DNA of 64,000 nt. Source: Octopus sinensis. Taxonomy: Eukaryota. How positions within the stretch are numbered: the stretch's first letter is position 1; the number at the start of each line of letters is the position of its first letter. The notes beneath the pieces are model-generated. The model had not been told where the DNA came from. It ran no database searches and was given only the letters and a program-made list of their open reading frames with translations. Positions 13,948-25,672 of the stretch are shown here, one piece after another. The stretch lies in contig NC_043002.1 in the NCBI RefSeq assembly GCF_006345805.1, positions 114,514,001 through 114,578,000 of the forward strand. Reading direction: 5' to 3'. The translations under genes and the position numbers were made by a program.

Positions 13948-14419
13948 ACACAAACACACACATATATACACCGAGTTTTTATGAAATATTTGCAATTATA
14001 TTTACACATATATACATACATACGTATATGCGCGTGCGCGAGTGTGTATATATAGTAATAGATTTATTTTAAATAAGTATTTATAGATAAATATAAATAA
14101 ATATTTATTTTAAAATTCAAGGGAGGTAATAGATTTAATATTTTCCCTTTGTTCTATATTTCATTTGAAAATTTCGGTAAATTTCTATTTGATATCATGA
14201 TTTACCGATTTTCGCTATAAATGATTTTCAAATAATATATTTTGAAAACAAAAAAAAGAAAAACAAAAAAAAAAATGAAACGCAAATTTCAGCCACCCGC
14301 CAAAAATGTCATTTTATTCAATGTTTCCATTGAATTCCCAATTGCTATACAAGAGAAACCAAGGCTGTTTTTACATTTTTGGTCAACGATTTTATGTTTT
14401 TTCCTTGCATGCCACAGAG

Positions 14420-14461
<42 letters not shown>

Positions 14462-14549
14462 AAAAATCAAATGTTCAAGAATACTTCACTCCCAACTACA
14501 TTAATAGACGGAAAAGTAAAGGGTAAAGACGAGGGGACCAGAAGAGATT

Positions 14550-14767
14550 ACTCTTTACTCTTTTACTCTTTTACTTGTTTCAGTCATTTGAATGCGGCCA
14601 TGCTGGAGCACCGCCTTTAATCGAGCAACTCGACCCCGGGACTTATTCTTTTGTAAGCCCAGTACTTATTCTATCGGTCTCCTTTGCCGAACCGCTAAGT
14701 AACGGGGACGTAAACACACCAGCATCGGTTGTCAAGCAATGCTAGGGGGACAAACACTGACACACAA

Positions 14768-14806
<39 letters not shown>

Positions 14807-14964
14807 CGACGGGCTTCTTTCAGTTTCCGTCTACCAAATCCACTCACAAGGCATTGGTCGGCCCGAGGCTATAGTAGAAGACACTTGCCCAAGGTGCCAC
14901 GCAGTGGGACTGAACCCGGAACCATGTGGTTGGTAAACAAGCTACTTACCACACAGCCACTCCT
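14550..14964 (-). mobile_element. Full-length tRNA-derived SINE family B with internal (TA)n(CA)n microsatellite
   Basis: Head GGAGTGGCTGTGTGGTAAGTAGC...GGGTTCAGTCCC followed by CORE-like GTGGCACCTTGGGCAAGTGTCTT; short tandem-repeat tail. Confidence 0.9.
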
Positions 14965-15034
14965 GATGACAAAAAAGAAAAAAAATATCCATTCATTCAT
15001 CGATCGATCGATCCATCTATCTTCTACACTTATA

Positions 15035-15480
15035 TTTGCGGAGATTGTCGTGGAGGTCCTCAATCACTTCCTCAACAGGGTCCTCCTCTCAGACGCAACC
15101 GTCATTATACGTCTCGGCTGGATTCCCGAAATGATCAACCGAGGCTATCCAACACTCTTATTCTTGTTCTACCTTTAGGTCTCCTTCTTGCGATTCTTTC
15201 CTGCAACATTCTAATAGCATATCTGTAATACTGGAGCTGTGATTTCCCAATGCAGAAAAGTAGCTGCTCAACGTGGATAGACTCACTTGTCTTCGAGATA
15301 TGAGCCTTTCGACTAACGTTATTTCAGAAATCCTTCAGAGGAAATTCATTTCGGCTGCTTGTATTCGCAATCGTACTCTTTTGGTCATTACCCAACATTT
15401 ACGTCAGATCAAAGGTGAGAATAGGCAGGAAAACCTAACTGGAGATAGCGAGTCAGTAAAACAGTTGACTTTGGCGTAAA
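15035..15480 (-). mobile_element. RTE-clade (Rex3/Expander-like) LINE 3' end, decayed
   Basis: Minus translation VMTKRVR..IQAAEMNFL, VEQLLFCIGKSQLQYY, RRPKGRTRIR match the RTE C-terminal consensus WVMTKRVRSRIQAAEM...VEPLLLRIERSQLRWFGH. Confidence 0.8.
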
Positions 15481-15734
15481 TCTATTTTGATTTCTTCAAA
15501 GCAGTCCCTTCTACTATTTGAAAGTACTTATTCTTAAAGTCATTAAAGTATATTACAAATCCCTTCAATCACTAAAACAGACAATTGTACTGCTTGTTAG
15601 GTGAATACATTATTTTATACTCACATATTTAGTGAAATTAAAACATAGGCATAACATCATTCTTGTCATGAATACAAATAATTTACTGAAACATTATTAA
15701 TTTCACTAAAATGTTAACTTAATGTTTTGGACAC

Positions 15735-15925
15735 GAGATGGCTGAATCGTTAGCATAGCGGCATTTCGTCCGTCTTTATGTTTTGAGTTTAAATTCCCTC
15801 GGGGTCGACTTTGCCTTTCATCCTTTCGGGGACTATAAAGTAAGTACCAGTTGAGTAGTGGGGCCGATGTAATTGATTTAACCCCTACCTCAGAACTGCT
15901 GGCCTTGTGCCAATATTTGAAACCA
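15735..15925 (+). mobile_element. SINE family A copy
   Basis: GAGATGGCTGAATCGTTAGC A-box head; GAGTTTAAATTCC B box; GTCGACTTTGCCTTTCATCC body. Confidence 0.8.
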
Positions 15926-16490
15926 ATATTTTGAACACAATTATTTTAAAAATAATTTCTATTGACATTAATCGACTGCCACGTTTATTACTAATATACA
16001 CAAATATATTCACAAGTGTGAAAGCTTTTATGAATTGATCGACCTACAAGAGATAGTAGTCATGTCTCCCTCAAAAGCCAGAAATACACACCATAATGCT
16101 GAAAACGGAACATTAACTAGAAACGTTCTTTATAGAGAAATCGTCGAAATAAATGCAAATATTGTTTGTAGGAGTTGCATGATGTGAAATAAAATGTTTT
16201 TTAAATAAATGTTTTTTATTTAAACAAATTTAAAGGATTGTTCAGATCACTTAGACTTCGTTGGAAAAGACAGCCTAAATTTCAGCAATTTATCCAATAA
16301 CTCCCTCCCCTCCAATAATATAGCATTTTGTTCTGAAAATAGAAGTAGAGTTAAATTGTTTCCACTTCTTTCAAGGGCTTTTTGTATTAACAGAATATAG
16401 GTAATATTGCAGTTAGTATCTATTAGTATCTATAGACAGACAGACAAACAGATTGCTAGCTAGCTTGATAGATAAAATATCATAAATATA

Positions 16491-17709
16491 TTGGGTTGGC
16501 AAGAAAGTAGTTTCGTTTTTTTAGTGTGAAATAAAAGTCATTTGTTTTCATACAAAGAATGAACTTTAATCAAATATATATTTTCCAGTTTGTTCAATGA
16601 CATTTTGCCATCTTTCTGGTAACGCCTTGATTCCGCGCTCATAGAACGTCTAGCTCTTATCAGCCAAAAACTGAAGCAAGTGTGATTTCAGGTCATCATC
16701 ATTACTGAAAGTTTTGCCATTCAAAGAATGGTAATCTGATGGTGCAAGGTCAGGACTATATGATGGATGTAACAAGTTCCAATAATTTTCCATGAGTTAG
16801 CAAAGACGTGTGTAGTCTAGCGTTGTCATGGTGAACATGATTCCTTTACGATTTGCCAACCCTGGCCGTTTTTTATCTTGATCGCTCCCTCCAGTTTCAT
16901 TAGTTGTTGACAGTAAACATCTGAATTGATCGTTTGGTTCCTTGGAAGCAGCTCAAAATGCATAAACCTTTGTAATCTCGCCAAATTGACAGCCTTACCT
17001 TTTTTTGATGCAATTCAGCTTTCAATGTGGTTTGTGCTGGTTCATTATGCTTGGACCATGATTGTTTTCGATTGATATTATTGTAGACAATCCATTTTTA
17101 ATCACCAGTGATAATTCATTTAAAAAAAGGTCGATTTCATTACATTTGAGATGCATATCACAAATATTGGTTCGTTGGGTCAAGTGAATCTCTTTCAATT
17201 TATGTAGAACCCAAAGATCGAGCTTCTTAATGAGTCTAAGACATTTTAAGTGATTTTCAATTCTTGTGTGCGATACATTTAACCTCTCTGCAATCTCTCG
17301 CACAGTTATATGACAATCAGATTCAATTTTAGCTTTGATTTGGTCAGCATCAACTTCAGTAGGTCGACCAGGACGTTGGTCACCTTTGAGTGAAAAATCT
17401 CCAGAACTGAATGTGCATTCAATACCATAAACTTCGCACATCTCTTTGTGAGCCTCAGTAGCTTTCTTGCCTTTACGAAAATAAAAAAGCAAAATATGGC
17501 GAAAATGTTCCTTTTTGCACTCCATGTTAAAATTGACACTGAACTAACAGCTGTAAACAAAATTACGCGCAATTTGCGTCTAAAATAAGCTATAAGTAAC
17601 GGCTATCAAATGTCAAAAAGAAAAAAAATCATGACATTGACAAAAGTCATTCAAAAAGTCGTAACGCTACCTATTTGCGAAAAACGAAATTATATTCTTG
17701 CCAACCCAA
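16491..17709 (-). mobile_element. Mariner transposon, mellifera-subfamily-like, both TIRs and TA TSD present
   Basis: TA|TTGGGTTGGCAAGAA...TTCTTGCCAACCCAA|TA; 1219 bp; contains a disrupted transposase. Confidence 0.93.
16566..17525 (-). pseudogene. Mariner D,D34D transposase pseudogene
   Basis: MECKKEHFRHILLFYFRKGKKATEAHKEMCEVYG, SGDFSL..RPGRP, HDNARLHTS, HPSYSPDLAPSDY, GIKALPERWQNVIEQTGKYI; frameshifts, stops and small deletions. Confidence 0.92.
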
Positions 17710-18565
17710 TATAAATGAAGCATTACTATAATGAAAATCATGGACACAGACTGACAGGTATGCAAATGTGCGCACACATATTCACACAATGCTGTGATTG
17801 ATTCAGTTATCAAATTCGTTATATAAATTCTAAATCCCAGGACAGTGTGTACATATAAAGTAAAGATGGACAGTTTTAGCAAGAACGTCTTTTATATTTC
17901 CATACACACATATGCACACACTCATATGTAAATACGCAAACATATATATATATATATATATAGTAAAGAATATGTGCAATAACAGTATATATACCAAACG
18001 AAAGAAGAAGCTGATGATCTAGCATTTCAAGTTATATCAAATACAACAAAAGAAATAAAATGGTAAGTGAGAAAGAAATAGAAATGACACTAAATGTAGG
18101 ATGTCTACTTGCGTTGCAAGCCTGGGGTAAAACGGCAGATGGATAATGGAAAAGAAGGATCGGAAGTTGAGACACGATCTGGGTCTAGTGACACTAAATG
18201 AGAAAAAAGAAAGGAGGGAATAGGAAAGGAAGAAAAAGAGTCGGGGTGTATGTGTGTGAAGAAGAATGACAGAAAATGAGAGAGGGAGAGAAAGCGAGAC
18301 AGAATGGTGATGAGAAAGCTCTTGATCTTGGCTTGTGAGTGTTAAATGCACTATAGTTAAATCTGTAATGTCACTATTTGTATAAATGTGAAATAGCATC
18401 GTATATGTGTCACGGATTATAAAGTCCATGTGTCTATGTATGCAGTAGTCATTCTTGCAATGTAATACTTTTAGCTGTGAATTTGTGTATGTCTCTGTGT
18501 GGGTGTGTATGCATAAACACATACATATATGCATATCATTCGTACATAAACACATATACACATGC

Positions 18566-18597
<32 letters not shown>

Positions 18598-18681
18598 TTA
18601 CGCATATACATACACATGTACATAAATACAAACTGAAGGATATATGGATATATATATAGACACATGCGTATACATTTACAC

Positions 18682-18722
<41 letters not shown>

Positions 18723-18728
<6 letters not shown>

Positions 18729-19152
18729 CAGAATTTACGTTAGTTGAAATATGTTTGTCACATATTTCAACTGCTAAAGGCAAATACACTGCATTACCAT
18801 GGAGAAAAAATAAATCTCTCTTATGGTAAAAAGGTGTGAAACCACCCAGTTCGTTCAATGTCGCCAACTCTCGGGAATTTCAAACATCGATGTTTCGAAT
18901 TTTTTGACTCTTGTCAACGAGATGTACCTAAGAGGAGCAACTCTGAACGAACTTAATAAAGCTATAGCTTTATATATAATTCAGTCAACACGTCGACTGA
19001 TTTGCGCTAGTAGATCGCCCGATCTAATTAATTAACGGAGCATAAGCGCAAAGCAGTGTTTAGGTATGAGCAGAATTTAGGTTAGTTGAAATATGTTCGT
19101 CACATATTTCAGCTGCTAAAGTCACCTACACTGCAGTTACCGTGGAGAAAAA
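18723..19152 (-). mobile_element. Retrozyme-like non-coding element E1 (unit about 342 bp, terminal direct repeat about 88 bp, one hammerhead)
   Basis: Direct repeat 18723-18810 / 19065-19152; internal HHR fold; multiple internal hairpins; abuts (TA)n. Confidence 0.6.
18877..18923 (-). ncRNA. Minimal type I hammerhead ribozyme, U3-A8 core variant
   Basis: 5'-AUCUCG UUGACAA GAGU CAAAAA AUUC GAAA CAUCGAUG UU UGAAAU-3': imperfect stem I, 4-bp stem II, palindromic stem III ACAUCGAUGU, N17=U. Confidence 0.65.
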
Positions 19153-19594
19153 TAGAAAGAATGTGGTTGCATTCTCATTCAACTCATAGTTGGCTCCGAA
19201 GTGTTTACATTTATTCCAACTATTCTGATTTACGCAGTGTTGTATGTTACACACACAAACACACACACACATACACATACACATACACAGATATATGTAA
19301 ATATCTCTGTCTGTCTGTCTCTCTTTATATATATATATAGTAGAAATATGTTACGAAAAGAAAATATAAAATACACGTGGAAATGTAAGAGTAAAATATG
19401 AAAAATCAGCGAAAATGCACATTGCAAATAGAAAAAGCCTATTTATGACAGGTAGTGACAAATATATACATTTAGATTGACTGAGGTCAATATGAGTCAT
19501 AAAAGTGATTATTATGAGATGATTATAAGATGATAATAAAGTAAGAGAACAAAACGAACCATGGTATATATATATATACATATATATATATATA

Positions 19595-20292
19595 AATAGT
19601 TATCGCCATACTACGATGGCAATCTTATAAATATAAGACTAAAGCTGTCGCTGATTAGCTCCAAGAGGCCACCGCCTCAAGCTAGCTATTTGACACACAA
19701 CCTGCGTCCATTATAAACCTTCGAACAGGGGAAGTCAGCCGCTTCATCCTGCCAGTCAGACAGCTGCAGATAGCTAGCTTGAGGCGGTGGCCTCTTGGAG
19801 CTAATCAGCGACAGCTTTAGTCTTATATTTATAAGATTGCCATATTAGTATGGCGATAACTATTAATTTCCAGTTATGCTGCTGTAATCTCCTTTAGAGA
19901 AACTTAGTAATTTTAAAATTTCTATTATTGAAAACAAGTCGATGTATTCCACTGAAACTAGGTAAATAGATTCTTCGAACAGGGACAGTCAGTAGCGACA
20001 CCTGCTGGGTCTGACTACGCTGCATTGATAAAGGGCAAATACCTTGAAACATGTCTGCAGCTGTCTGACTGGCAGGATGAAGCGGCTGACCTCCCCTGTT
20101 CGAAGGTTTATAATGGACGCAGGCTGTGTGTCAAATAGCTAGCTTGAGGCGGTGGCCTCTTGGAGCTAATCAGCGACAGCTTTAGTCTTATATTTATAAG
20201 ACTACCATATTAGTATGGCGATAACTATTAATTTCCAGTAATGCTGCCGTAATCTCCTTTAGAGAGACTTAGTAATTTTAATATTTCTATTA
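19595..20292 (+). mobile_element. Retrozyme-like non-coding element E2 (365-bp unit, 158-bp terminal direct repeat, 5' inverted copy, one hammerhead)
   Basis: 19770-19928 repeats 20135-20292; 19595-19770 is the reverse complement of about 20054-20229; (TA)n on both sides. Confidence 0.7.
20019..20061 (+). ncRNA. Minimal type I hammerhead ribozyme, U3-A8 core variant
   Basis: 5'-GCUGCA UUGAUAA AGGG CAAAUA CCUU GAAA CAUGUC UGCAGC-3': perfect 6-bp stem I, stem II with one G-U pair, palindromic stem III ACAUGU, GUC cleavage triplet. Confidence 0.78.
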
Positions 20293-20409
20293 TATATATA
20301 TATATATATACATACATATACATATATATATATATACACATATGAAGTAGAATAATTCATGAAAAGGGAAATGAGGACAGCTTCTAATAATGTATAGATG
20401 AAATTTGAA

Positions 20410-21880
20410 AAACCTCTATATATTTCGGGTGCAAAGGATCATCATCAAAAATGTACAGTCAAAAAATGGGTGTCTACACAGATCCTGCTGGAACGGTGGT
20501 GGTGAAGGTAGTTGTTCATGGTGGTAAATGTCGGGGTAGTAGTCGTTGATTGCGTTGGTGTTATTTGTTCTCTTAGTAGTCCTTGCCAAGGTGGTGGCCG
20601 TAACAGCCACAAGCCTCAATCACGGCAAGCGACGGCAGTGGTGGTAGATCTGGTGGCTGTGAACATAGTGCTAGTAGGCAACAATGCTAATCACTATCGT
20701 AGTGACGATGACGCTGATCGTGGTCACAACGATGTAGGGGCAGTCGGTAATTTATAGTTTTTTTTTATAGGAGTCGGTAATTTATAGGAGACATTCGGTG
20801 GATCAGTCGGTGGACAGTCGGTGGATCAGTAAGGTTTCCTTGATACGGAGATTTCCTCTATTTCTCTCCGTGGCCAACATTGAAGCGTCTATCCCCTTGG
20901 TGGTAATACCGCATTTGATTAAGTGCTTGCAGAAGAAAACCCGTTGGTAGTCAGGTATTCCTTCTGTCGGATGTGGAACGGTCGGAACGTACTATCGATG
21001 TAATAGTTTCCGCATTAGGAACACCACATCTGGTACATCACGTATGTCTGCAGACTTTTGCTCGTGTAGCGGATAAGACACAGTTTACAAGTGTGCAGGG
21101 CTGTTATTCCGCGTGGGATTTCCTCGTTGACGGATGTTTATGCACGATGGCAAGATTTTTCCCGCGGATGACCTTACGGATAGCAAAAGGTAGTCCAAAG
21201 AGATTATTCTTGGAACGTTTATTTAGCTTGTATCCGTGTAAGGTATTTGCAACGGATCCTGAGAATCTGTTGATTCCAAATATTTTGAGGAAGTATGCAA
21301 CCTGGTGTCCCTACTGGCGCTGTCACTGCATCTGTTGTGTATAGAGGTGATCTCAATATGTATGTAGCCGGTCTTAACACTGATGGGGAGGACCGACTTA
21401 TAATGGACGAAGTGTTGGCATGCTGCCTTTCGGTAGAATTGTGTCGATTTTCCCCATTCATGATGCTTAATCGAAAGTCAAGTAAGGAGAGGGAACCATT
21501 GTCGTTCGGGTGTTCGATGGGGAGATCGATGTACTGGTCCATATCATTGAAAATTTCTATTATTGTAGAGGCATCCTCAAGGCATAAAGTGAGCAGAGGA
21601 TATCGACCATAAACGTGGTGAAAAAGGGAGCATGAGCAGCGGGTACTGAGTGTTCTAGCGAGAAGGCCTGTGAGATAGGACTCTATAGACAGACCTGAAC
21701 ACTCTGTATGTATTACCGACGGAGGTGTGTGTCGGCAATTGTCACTGACAGTAGCTGCTGGATATCGAAGGTGGCAAGTCCGAAATAGTCCAAGCAGACG
21801 ACGCATTCTGTCTTCAGGTCGACCGTGGGAAGAGCAGGAACTGAGGTGTTGAGCGAGACAACCTTTTAGCTGAAAATATA
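20410..21880 (-). mobile_element. Decayed Penelope-like retroelement (RT C-half, GIY-YIG, 3' end)
   Basis: FNDMDQYIDLPIEHPNDNGSLSLLDFRL (PLE F(T)xE..xLxFLD region), remnant RYVDDI, GIY-YIG tail HLIKCG..MLATERNRGNLRIKETLLI; a decayed HHR-like UGAUGA...CGAAA at 20413-20450. Confidence 0.8.
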
Positions 21881-22006
21881 TCTACACGTCTGTGGTTCGA
21901 GTCGGTATACTCATTGAATGACCTCGTCTGGGCAGTTGACATGTGTTTGTGTGTGTGTGTGTGTACCTCTACCAACGAATCTCTCTCTTTCTCTAACATA
22001 CACGCA

Positions 22007-22073
<67 letters not shown>

Positions 22074-22084
22074 TATGTACACAT

Positions 22085-23040
22085 CTATCACGAAAAGGCC
22101 TTCGATAGAGTCCAGATGGACGCAATGCTGAACTTTCTGTATATGCAAGATGTCGAGTCGCATTACACCAAGCTACTTACAAATGTGAACTCTGGATGCT
22201 ATCGCCACCAGTAAGCGTTCCAGTGGAGAAGCACGTCAAAGAAGAAGATACCATCTCTCCAAACCTCTTCACTACATGTCTAGAAGTGGTCATCAGAGAC
22301 AGGTGGCGTGAATATCAACGGCGAGCTACTCTTACGATACACAGATTACATTGTTCTCATCACCAAGACCTTAGACCAGCTGCATACCATGCTAACAAAG
22401 CTGGACACCCATAGCTTAGCAGTAGGCCTTAAAATGAATCGCATGAAAATAAAATTCATGAGGTCTGAAGACGCAACAGGAGGCCGAATAGGGGTGGCGG
22501 GAAACGATGAAATCGAGGAGATAAGGGAATACTTCTATTTAGGGCACTCAGTGAATAAGGTCGAGGCACGGACGATGAAATCCCGAAGAATACAAAGTAA
22601 GAATAGAAGGCACTTATCTCAATAAAGGATGAGCTCAAAGAAAAGCTGGACAAGACCATACGAGCCAGACTCTTCAATTGCACCGTCTTAAATTCTGTCT
22701 TATACGCAAATGAGACGTGGGCTACTACGAAGAGGGCCGTGGAAGGATTCATGCTAGGAATATAATTGCAGGAGCACATCAGAAATGAAATAATTTGAGA
22801 ACGCAGCGGTGTGAATGATGTGATTTCAGATTGCTGAAAGCATAAGTTCCGCCGAGTCAGATAACGTTCACAGACAATAGGTTGACCTGTGAAGTTGCTG
22901 AGTGGTATCCAAGAGATCAGAAAAGGACACTCGAAAGGCCTCTACGACGAGGGGCAGACAATTTAGTTAAATGACTTGGGCCAAGATGGAAAATAATGGC
23001 GCCATCAAGAAAAAGTTGGAAGTGTAATGTGACCATCGAT
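22085..23040 (+). mobile_element. Decayed RTE-clade LINE (RT to C-terminus)
   Basis: EKAFDRV, EEDTISPNLFTTCLE (QGDTISPKLF), LLRYTDYIVLI (LRFADDIVLI), GLKMNRMKIKFM, EYFYLGH, LYANETWAT. Confidence 0.88.
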
Positions 23041-24411
23041 TTATAGCACCATCCTATGGTCAGGTGATTCAATGATACCGTGATCTGCATATATACACTC
23101 ACACACACACACGCACACACACGCACACACGCATATGTATAGTGTACATTTATACACATGCTAATGAAGACAGAAATATGCATGTGAAAACATAGCATAA
23201 GAACATTCATACAAATTTTGTGACACAAAGTTGCTTCCATATTTATTTAACAATAGTACTGCTTCGCCACGTTTTAGCTCGGAAGCTATTGGACAAAATA
23301 ACTCGGTCTTCCAAGATTGCTATATCCCTTCATATCACAGGAATATTCTATTCCGATCGTTAATGAAATTTTACTTCCTATTTTGTTTATTTATTCATTA
23401 TTTTGTTTAATTGATAAAATTTCGTTTTTGTTTAATAATCTGGTTTCTTTGTGTCTGACTTTGTCTGCTTTTCCTTGTTTTTCATTGTCTTGTCCTGATT
23501 AAGAACTCGTTTCTTTACCAGGAAATTCGACTCCCAAGAGAAAATAATCTTCCTTTGATTGTCAACGAAGTTAGTCGGTGGATTATAGAAAATAATACGT
23601 TTAACGAGAATGGTGAGGAGCAGGTTTTTTTAAAGCCAAATTAGCTTTGTATCATTCAAAAAATTTCTTTTTCACTTTCTTTATATCGTACCAGGTTTTC
23701 TGAATAAAATTTACAGAGATGCTTTGTAGTAGCTCTCACATCTCCACATGAGCAAAACACTCACCGAATGTGGCATATTGAAGATATATTGCTAGATAGC
23801 TACGGAAACAGACACTATATTGTGCATTTCTTGCATCCATCACAAATATATTCTCGTAATACTAATCAGTTATAGCGATATACAGCATATATAGTCACAA
23901 GGTATATGTATACTATACACACACACACACACATTTTTGTTTTTATGTCAAGTTTCCTATTTAAACAATTGAAGATTAATCTGAAGGATTGCTCAATACT
24001 TTTTAGTTGAAAGCATTTTTATTAAATTTTACATAATATTTTAGTTGAACCCTAAAACGCAACACAAAAACCAACTTTCTATACAAAACTTTTCGTGTCT
24101 GTTTACACGTTTACTTACATGCCTTAAAAGAAAAAAATGTCAATGTCCGACCAAAATAACTGCCCTCGCTAAAACTTTCTTTCAACTTCCACACTACAAA
24201 CACATACTTTCCCCCTCTACGTCTCTATACTTTTCTTTCTACTACTACTTCCTCGGTCTACCTACACCATAACTAACGCCATCCCCACTAAAAAGAATGA
24301 AAAAGATTCACCAATCGAAAAAGAACCAAAGTAAAGCAAGCCAACATTTCGAAGTCACTGTCAACCTTGTAAAAGTTAATACATTATATATATATATGGA
24401 GATAGATAGAT

Positions 24412-24504
<93 letters not shown>

Positions 24505-24554
24505 AGGGGAGGAGAGAGAGAGAGAGAGAGATTGTTGTGTGTGTGACTGACAGA

Positions 24555-24870
24555 CTGACTGGCACTCCGTTGATTACAACGACGGTAGTTCTTGTTGATC
24601 CGGTCAACGGAACAGGCTGCTCGTGAAATTAACGTGCAATTAACGTAACGTTGCTGAGTACTCCACAGACACGCGTTCCTTTAACGTAGTTCACGGGGAG
24701 TCAGCGTGACAGGGCTGGACCTTTGAAACACAGGTATTGTTCATTTTTGCCAGCTGAGCGGACTGGAGCAACGTGGAATAAAGTGACTTGCTCAAGGACA
24801 CAACGTGACAACGGGAATTGAACTCACCACGTTTCGATCGGGGCCGAATACTCTAACTACTAAACTACGC
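24555..24870 (-). mobile_element. SINE family C variant
   Basis: Shares the TCAACGGAACAG.CTGCTCGTGAAATTAACGTG body with 8311-8695; tRNA-like head near 24870. Confidence 0.8.
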
Positions 24871-24923
24871 GATTTTACACACACACACACATATATATAT
24901 GTGTATATGTGTAAATATATATA

Positions 24924-24969
<46 letters not shown>

Positions 24970-25014
24970 TGTGTGTGTGTGTATGGTATGTGTGGTGTGT
25001 ATGTGTGTGTGTGT

Positions 25015-25270
25015 GGAGGCGCAATGGCCCAGTGATTAGGGCAGCGGACTCGCGGTCGTAGGATCGTGGTTTCGATTCCCAAACCGGGCGTTGTGAGTGT
25101 TTATTGAGCGAAAACACCTAAAAGCTCCACGAGGCTCCGGCAGGGGGGGGTGATCCCTGCTGTACTCTTTCTCCACAACTTTCTCTCACTCCTTCTTCTG
25201 TTGACCTGCTCACTTAGCCAGCAGGGTGCGTCAATTTGATTGCTAAAACAATGCGAAGTGCATTGTGACC
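25015..25270 (+). mobile_element. SINE family C, 5' half
   Basis: Head nearly identical to the 8311-8695 copy. Confidence 0.88.
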
Positions 25271-25279
25271 AACGTTGAT

Positions 25280-25672
25280 ATATATACGACATTACACATC
25301 ACATCATACATACATACACACGTCCAGACCTTTCATACGCACTACATACTCTCTCATACACCCACGCACCCTTATGTTGGGGCGAAGTCATTTGACCCTG
25401 TTATCTCCCCTATTTTCGCTCTTGCGTCTCACGTTTGATCTCTGACTTCTGGCCGGAATCAGATCGCCATGTTGAATCGCTAGCTTCTGCACGCATTTTC
25501 TCTCTCTCCTTGTTTCTCTCCTTGTTTCTTTTCTGTGTATCTTTCTGTTGAAGAGCGTAGGCTCGAAACGTAAAAGACTTGTTTTATTTATATTCCTGAC
25601 CGCCATACTAATACAATTGTTTGTTTGTACTCCACCTGCCTTCGTCTTTTGTTTATTTTCATAAAGCTTCCC

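Noticed and set aside
20413-20450. Hammerhead-like motif at the PLE 3' end (minus strand)
   Set aside because: UGAUGA and CGAAA are present but stems I and II do not pair; treated as a decayed remnant, not called as a ribozyme.
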